64,000 nt of DNA from an uncultured Kiritimatiellota bacterium (GTDB lineage Bacteria > Verrucomicrobiota > Kiritimatiellia > RFP12 > DVOR01): contig CALXSE010000002.1 in NCBI GenBank assembly GCA_944391085.1, positions 10,450 to 74,449 of the forward strand, written 5' to 3'. Shown piece after piece: positions 62,001 through 64,000 of the stretch. Position numbers and translations under genes: made by a program. The notes under the pieces are model-generated. The model did not search any database. It saw only the letters and a program-made list of their open reading frames with translations, and was not told the origin of the DNA. The stretch's first letter is position 1. Each line of letters starts with the position of its first letter.

Positions 62001-62614
62001 CCGATGGTTCCGGCGATGACCCCGCCGTCGACGATGAGGTGACCGACCAGATCCAGGGCGGCGGCAACGTCGCCGGCAAAGCGGAGGGATACACGATGGC
62101 CAACCATAAGTGGCTGATGGCCCCCGACATCGCCAACGCCTACGCCTGTTTCGGCAACGTCTGGGTCCTCGCGCCGCGCACGACCGACAAGCAGCGTGAA
62201 GACTACGCCACGCGCGACCTGCTGATGGCCTATGAGTTTGGCATTTCGCGCATGGCCTTCGTGGAGGGCGGCACGCGCATCGTGGTCGAGGCCAAGCTCC
62301 GCAACGCCCTCAAGGATTGCCCTTACTTCACGGACGAACAACTCCAGGGCGCGGGCGCGTTCAAGCCTTCCTACCTGCCCGGCGTGGGACTGACGATCGT
62401 CGGCCCCAACGGCCCGCTTGCCGGCGTGACGGAAATCACGGACGAGGCGGTGATCCGTGGCTACGGCTTCTCGCCGGACATGCCCACCACCGAGGTCGCC
62501 CGTTGGTTCCTGGTGCCCTACAACGAGGCCAACTTCCCCGCCGGGGAGTCGGCGCACCTGACGGTCAGGGCGATCCCGCCGTCCGAGCCGGCGGCGCCCA
62601 CCGCGGCGGAGTGA
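56045..62614 (+). CDS. Giant secreted surface protein (2189 aa) with LamG/concanavalin-like domain and autotransporter-associated beta-strand (PATR) type repeat
   Basis: Signal peptide MKHKALRFSFGTVLALVAAYGNAVAA. LamG-like block about 58670-59510 (YVDVEFNGDS...IRLWLIRG...IQVYVDGHCL...DFIRVYRGILS). PATR-like LTKTGTGVADIA...VDVQEGTLRVA at about 61370-61470. No C-terminal beta-barrel or sorting motif seen. Confidence 0.85.
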   Translation: MKHKALRFSFGTVLALVAAYGNAVAAQTSLSSENASTHTPTPPPRVIEVASQPPAARVLGNGVFTAGSTGQTVDAITRVALPSRRITFSLDAMLMGYTLDGQTFGAVPPNLTLSSVTLYDLTDLGTGGTLGAASLPTVSLYGNQGTKLMGTANRTGTGEPVLVRLADGSEVSLTPVTYTFVEQDITLEGSTDYRLTLNAAGVTPILPLFTNAATEADSGFDLTDVAGYAPFLSFTGTVSVTDVAVRAEGEASLADLLGSASFSDSADRIVTVTLAQGARLTLDRSVTDATLVFEAEGAAAVAFVETASLTCPFVFRNATDVDNGLITLSGPWDDAATNDDRQLWQPDSLAIDCDVNVASPLPLIVSGWFQQKSVRVFPGRTLRLTSEAETAARLPFVALTAPTANLAFAGTGKSGALPEKYRDLFFGTSGTVTLERPVAFAYAGNETDAQGARFRIGNRGDAGYAFTLNVDETFSSTPRLVLGGKSGSATLNLRGDEATIYAAVINFDTGSTLTQKAGALTLGNADWATKFVGDSATLVFGDGDTKNGLATATLFGIPYGVTSGGVTTDYRGAADLTVKADATLLLTECDLPAVAGTPDYALYPVGKRSLKVQGGTVKANTGAAVTMVFENPEPQAAPIAVAPVPGLEVIGSANLESSDTTNSSLSLDALKGNGAVTLSGVVHIDSVRLGEDDTLTFDLRRGEGDVDDAIGGSRVTIDAVTGTAGTVRFGLLGTNGTTGEQTVIDTLLAGGFTGTVGFLLPDYTRLDFEDTQLPELPFTLEVQPGQTVVMRLDQYADADILWPEDCSNVKLVLVEAGPFGGEASLPAWPEGVKMEFHRYDDSSDGHSALPGEDYDATRNDDGLTIDLTWKNPVLTGKVAYVDVEFNGDSYNTGWFRLGDANGMLRGDGNIIGSDEILTDGDDFTAAFNPEGQGVNPRRQPYIPVDALPAYPDAWSIVARVTAAEFTKTVMLAIGANYKDVTGGTGDDFSGRDTLVLATGSMKDHGDGGTAGADDDDDNAEDTIRLWLIRGRDLYGENPAVPTEYLAQASLPQVTEMPHLYTITYDNRHIQVYVDGHCLMDTTLPEDINLGPGLQIGKLMGGANIDGDHLPIGDALAEQFKPVNSSAGDGVVDFIRVYRGILSDAAIDQLVRENPYIHKDPGGAASNHRDVRYVRVINGGADEPWVQEGAWQRQHLSLGGDLIWSNDGTYAEPAEGAIVVVQCREGNATLRVNTQKGGLFPSADRTYSMLIVTGKDIDTLAQDEGSDDNWIGGTLTIAPYDDPSTPDNEWYTERTDDGAFRYGVLRFSGGAGQRVNQGHTTVGTFFNEGHSLAGYVLTHAVLHGSVIDLASDGVEIRRGVNATFRADDLITRGFDGETFLRQLTGPLSGTEFYHYVRPAGDVYGYGSVIGNADISSSNQQTSEFVWVPTFDNRESEWKLDDVTRANSEVLKRETGFDSSTVQLPQTGLFVRVAKVPGRLYLELNEDAVQRDGALSEQAWYRYGYHNDVAAETVSHMEPEPMHEGDFEKAVALSIRLENGETRTLRADSAANGLTVNELTIEKPKEDDGTANETLQILPQDGTGYSLKVMEAVSTDRRLEVYSAQGSGSEADATGADGVHLAYETDPGTQMNNGAKLYGVGTGVYVAGNTTVNHPLDGSSIARIESAHAIRFAAGQELSATTVAAAKNASVEQTGAENAFRAAAIELAQGSRLTFASNAATVDGAITLTGDATIEGTGTTATLTPTEGIRGQTGAETLTLDAADGADWKLLNSDVGALPLTKTGTGVADIAADLPPNAGFVDVQEGTLRVATGLAGEGQAVGQASLNVETGATLAPTSGTIAEDVLAEIPAGQTVSGLGRIDGTLRLETDATLDAREANESSLSVRDVQTDGLTALADVDVSLPDGASDGLVFLRSDETTLNWAARARLLATDSSATRWDVLLRYRPGQVPEGTDYLVGVAGLSVPNPDGLPEDIRPGDDDLVDNEWPDGSGDDPAVDDEVTDQIQGGGNVAGKAEGYTMANHKWLMAPDIANAYACFGNVWVLAPRTTDKQREDYATRDLLMAYEFGISRMAFVEGGTRIVVEAKLRNALKDCPYFTDEQLQGAGAFKPSYLPGVGLTIVGPNGPLAGVTEITDEAVIRGYGFSPDMPTTEVARWFLVPYNEANFPAGESAHLTVRAIPPSEPAAPTAAE
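56166..56175 (+). repeat. Homopolymeric C10 tract inside codons 41-44 of the giant gene
   Basis: Counted directly: ...ACC CCC ACC CCC CCC CCG CGT... encodes TPTPPPR. Confidence 0.9.
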
Positions 62615-62650
62615 GCGCAAGCAATTGTTCCTTGTGACACGTCAAGGAGC

Positions 62651-62686
62651 GACCCCGGAGGGCATGTGCCCCCGGGGTCTTTTTTG
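62651..62686 (+). terminator. Intrinsic terminator after the giant gene
   Basis: GACCCCGGAGGGCA-tg-TGCCCCCGGGGTC followed by TTTTTT. Confidence 0.8.
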
Positions 62687-63009
62687 CCCGAAAGGCATCC
62701 ATGGCCCAAGCGGGGCGCAAAGCCACGCGGAGGGCGCGGACAAGGCGCCGGCCCCTCCTGCTTCTGGTTCTCCGTCGAATCCCGCTCTCTGCCGCATCCA
62801 CCGCCACGTCCTCCGGCCCACAAAAAGGCAATCATACACATCGTTGTATCACTCCCCTTCAACGCGTCCCACGTGCGGCCGCGAATGTCCCCATGGCCTT
62901 GTGGCGTCGTCACGGCAAAGGCGGGTTCTTGGGAATGGGCATACCGTGGACAGGCCAACCCTTGACGGGACTTGCCGGGGCATGGCGCGTTAGGTTTTGG
63001 TGACGGACT

Positions 63010-63038
63010 TTGACTTTGCCAGGGAAGTGCGTTATACT
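63010..63038 (+). promoter_or_regulatory. Sigma-70 promoter TTGACT-17 nt-TATACT for ackA
   Basis: Consensus-like hexamers with 17-nt spacing, 36 nt before the ATG at 63074. A GGGAGA SD lies in between. Confidence 0.6.
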
Positions 63039-63073
63039 ATCACAACTTTATTTCTTTTACTGGGAGATTTGCC

Positions 63074-64000
63074 ATGTCCGATGTCATCCGCAACGTGCTC
63101 GTCGTCAATGCCGGTAGTTCCTCACTTAAGTTCATGTTGTTTGACATGACGAGCGAGAAGATGTTGGCCAAGGGCCAGGTGGAGCGCATCGGCATCGGGA
63201 ACGCGCTCTTCACCTTCTCGACGGAAGGGTTCGCTGAGAAGCAGAGCCCGTGCGAGGCGCCTGACCATACGTCGGCGGTGCGCCTGGCGTGCAATGCGCT
63301 GACGGATCCGGCGAAGGGCGGTTGCCTGCGGCAGATTTCGGACATCGACGCGGTGGGGCACCGCATCGTGCACGGCGGCGAGAAGTATTCGCAGCCGGTG
63401 AAGCTGGACGGGCACGCGCTGGCGGAGATCGAAAAGCTCTCGCCTTTGGCGCCGCTCCACAACCCCGGCGCGCTGCAGGGCATTCGTGGGTGCGAGCAGG
63501 TGCTGCCGGGGGTGGCGCACGTGGCGGTGTTCGACACGGCGTTCCACCAGACGATGCCGGAGGAGAGCTACCTTTATGCCCTGCCGCGCGAGCTGCATGA
63601 CAAGCTGGGGGTGCGCAAGTATGGCTTCCATGGGACGAGCCACCGCTTCGTGACGGAACGCGCGGCGGAGGTCCTTGGCAAGCCGCTCGACCAGGTGAAC
63701 CTGGTGACGTGCCACCTGGGCAACGGTTCCTCCATCTCGGCGGTGAAGGGCGGCAAGTGCTTCGACACCTCGATGGGGATGACGCCGTTGGCGGGCGTGG
63801 TGATGGGCACGCGCTCGGGCGACGTGGATCCGGCCATCGCCTTTTATCTGATGAAGAACGGCTACAGCGCCGACGACGTGGACACCCTCTTCAACAAGCA
63901 GGGCGGCGTGCGCGCCCTGGGCGGCTCCAGCGACATGCGCGACATCTGCGCGGCCTGCGAGGCCGGCGACCACAACGCGCAGGTGGCATTGGCGCGCCTG
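63074..64000 (+). CDS. ackA: Acetate kinase, N-terminal 309 codons (runs off the window end)
   Basis: My own translation gives MSDVIRNVLVVNAGSSSLKFMLFDM..., and later KYGFHGTSHRFV. It is not in the ORF track because there is no stop inside the window. Confidence 0.95.
   Translation, partial: MSDVIRNVLVVNAGSSSLKFMLFDMTSEKMLAKGQVERIGIGNALFTFSTEGFAEKQSPCEAPDHTSAVRLACNALTDPAKGGCLRQISDIDAVGHRIVHGGEKYSQPVKLDGHALAEIEKLSPLAPLHNPGALQGIRGCEQVLPGVAHVAVFDTAFHQTMPEESYLYALPRELHDKLGVRKYGFHGTSHRFVTERAAEVLGKPLDQVNLVTCHLGNGSSISAVKGGKCFDTSMGMTPLAGVVMGTRSGDVDPAIAFYLMKNGYSADDVDTLFNKQGGVRALGGSSDMRDICAACEAGDHNAQVALARL

Noticed and set aside
62770-62800. GTCGAATCCCGC string resembling a tRNA T-loop (GGTTCGAATCC)
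   Set aside because: The flanking bases cannot form a T-stem (TCTCC against CCCGC). No acceptor, D or anticodon arms can be drawn, and there is no CCA context. It is not a tRNA or a convincing tRNA fragment.
1-64000. Search for CRISPR arrays, rRNA, tRNA, tmRNA, RNase P and SRP RNA signatures, and for integrase or transposase genes
   Set aside because: I found no regularly spaced direct repeats, no conserved ncRNA core strings (for example GAGGAAAGTCC or GGTTCGAATCC with stems), and no recombinase-like ORFs by eye. A covariance-model scan would be the decisive test.

Overview
This is a 64-kb chromosomal segment from a high-GC bacterium; typical 60-nt lines count about 65-67% G+C. I can support about 48 protein-coding genes, tightly packed on both strands. 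I found no rRNA, tRNA or CRISPR array. Most genes are housekeeping: ilvE (partial), pncC, an Maa-like acetyltransferase, rnr, a PHP phosphatase, rseP, ispG, a Dpm1-like GT2, dnaE, a NeuD/PglD-type acyltransferase, a MATE exporter, thymidine phosphorylase, tilS, oadGAB (Na+-pumping oxaloacetate decarboxylase), uppS, purA, prmA, deoC, a hexose-6-phosphate mutarotase, an FmdB zinc-ribbon protein, NUDIX-BirA, a DJ-1 protein, rpoN, a 2-hydroxyacid dehydrogenase, recO, ilvC and ackA (partial). The accessory or unusual content is as follows. (1) A low-GC island (22878-24686; several lines count 35% GC) lies between deoA and tilS. It carries an RHH gene overlapping a pMV158-RepB-like HUH Rep gene, an iteron pair next to a 12-bp-stem hairpin, further strong hairpins, and an 11-bp flanking direct repeat. 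It looks like a 1.5-kb rolling-circle mini-replicon sitting in the chromosome without any integrase. (2) A two-gene polyketide-synthase-like module (49553-54263) appears to have its KS, AT-like and DH-like catalytic residues all substituted, while a fused C-terminal Sfp-type phosphopantetheinyl transferase is intact and no carrier protein is present. (3) A stripped-down Tad/Cpa cluster (cpaB, FHA-cpaF, tadB, tadC) has no pilin, prepilin peptidase, secretin or TadZ gene in cis. (4) There is a five-gene, translationally coupled polysaccharide-modification operon. (5) A 2189-aa secreted LamG/PATR-type surface protein has a C10 tract at codons 41-44. (6) There are several domain fusions: NUDIX-BirA, Zn-ribbon-EIIA(Ntr), and OadB with a roughly 240-aa signal-peptide-bearing N-terminal extension. 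(7) A recurrent extended -10 promoter sits 6-9 nt from start codons, implying leaderless mRNAs. (8) A 35-codon Cys-containing sORF with its own promoter and SD lies upstream of the MATE gene. The gene content (sigma-54, Tad, giant PATR protein, OAD pump, acetate kinase) is compatible with an anaerobic PVC-group organism, but that is only a guess. The many 300-1200-aa ORFs antisense to the listed genes are high-GC shadow ORFs.
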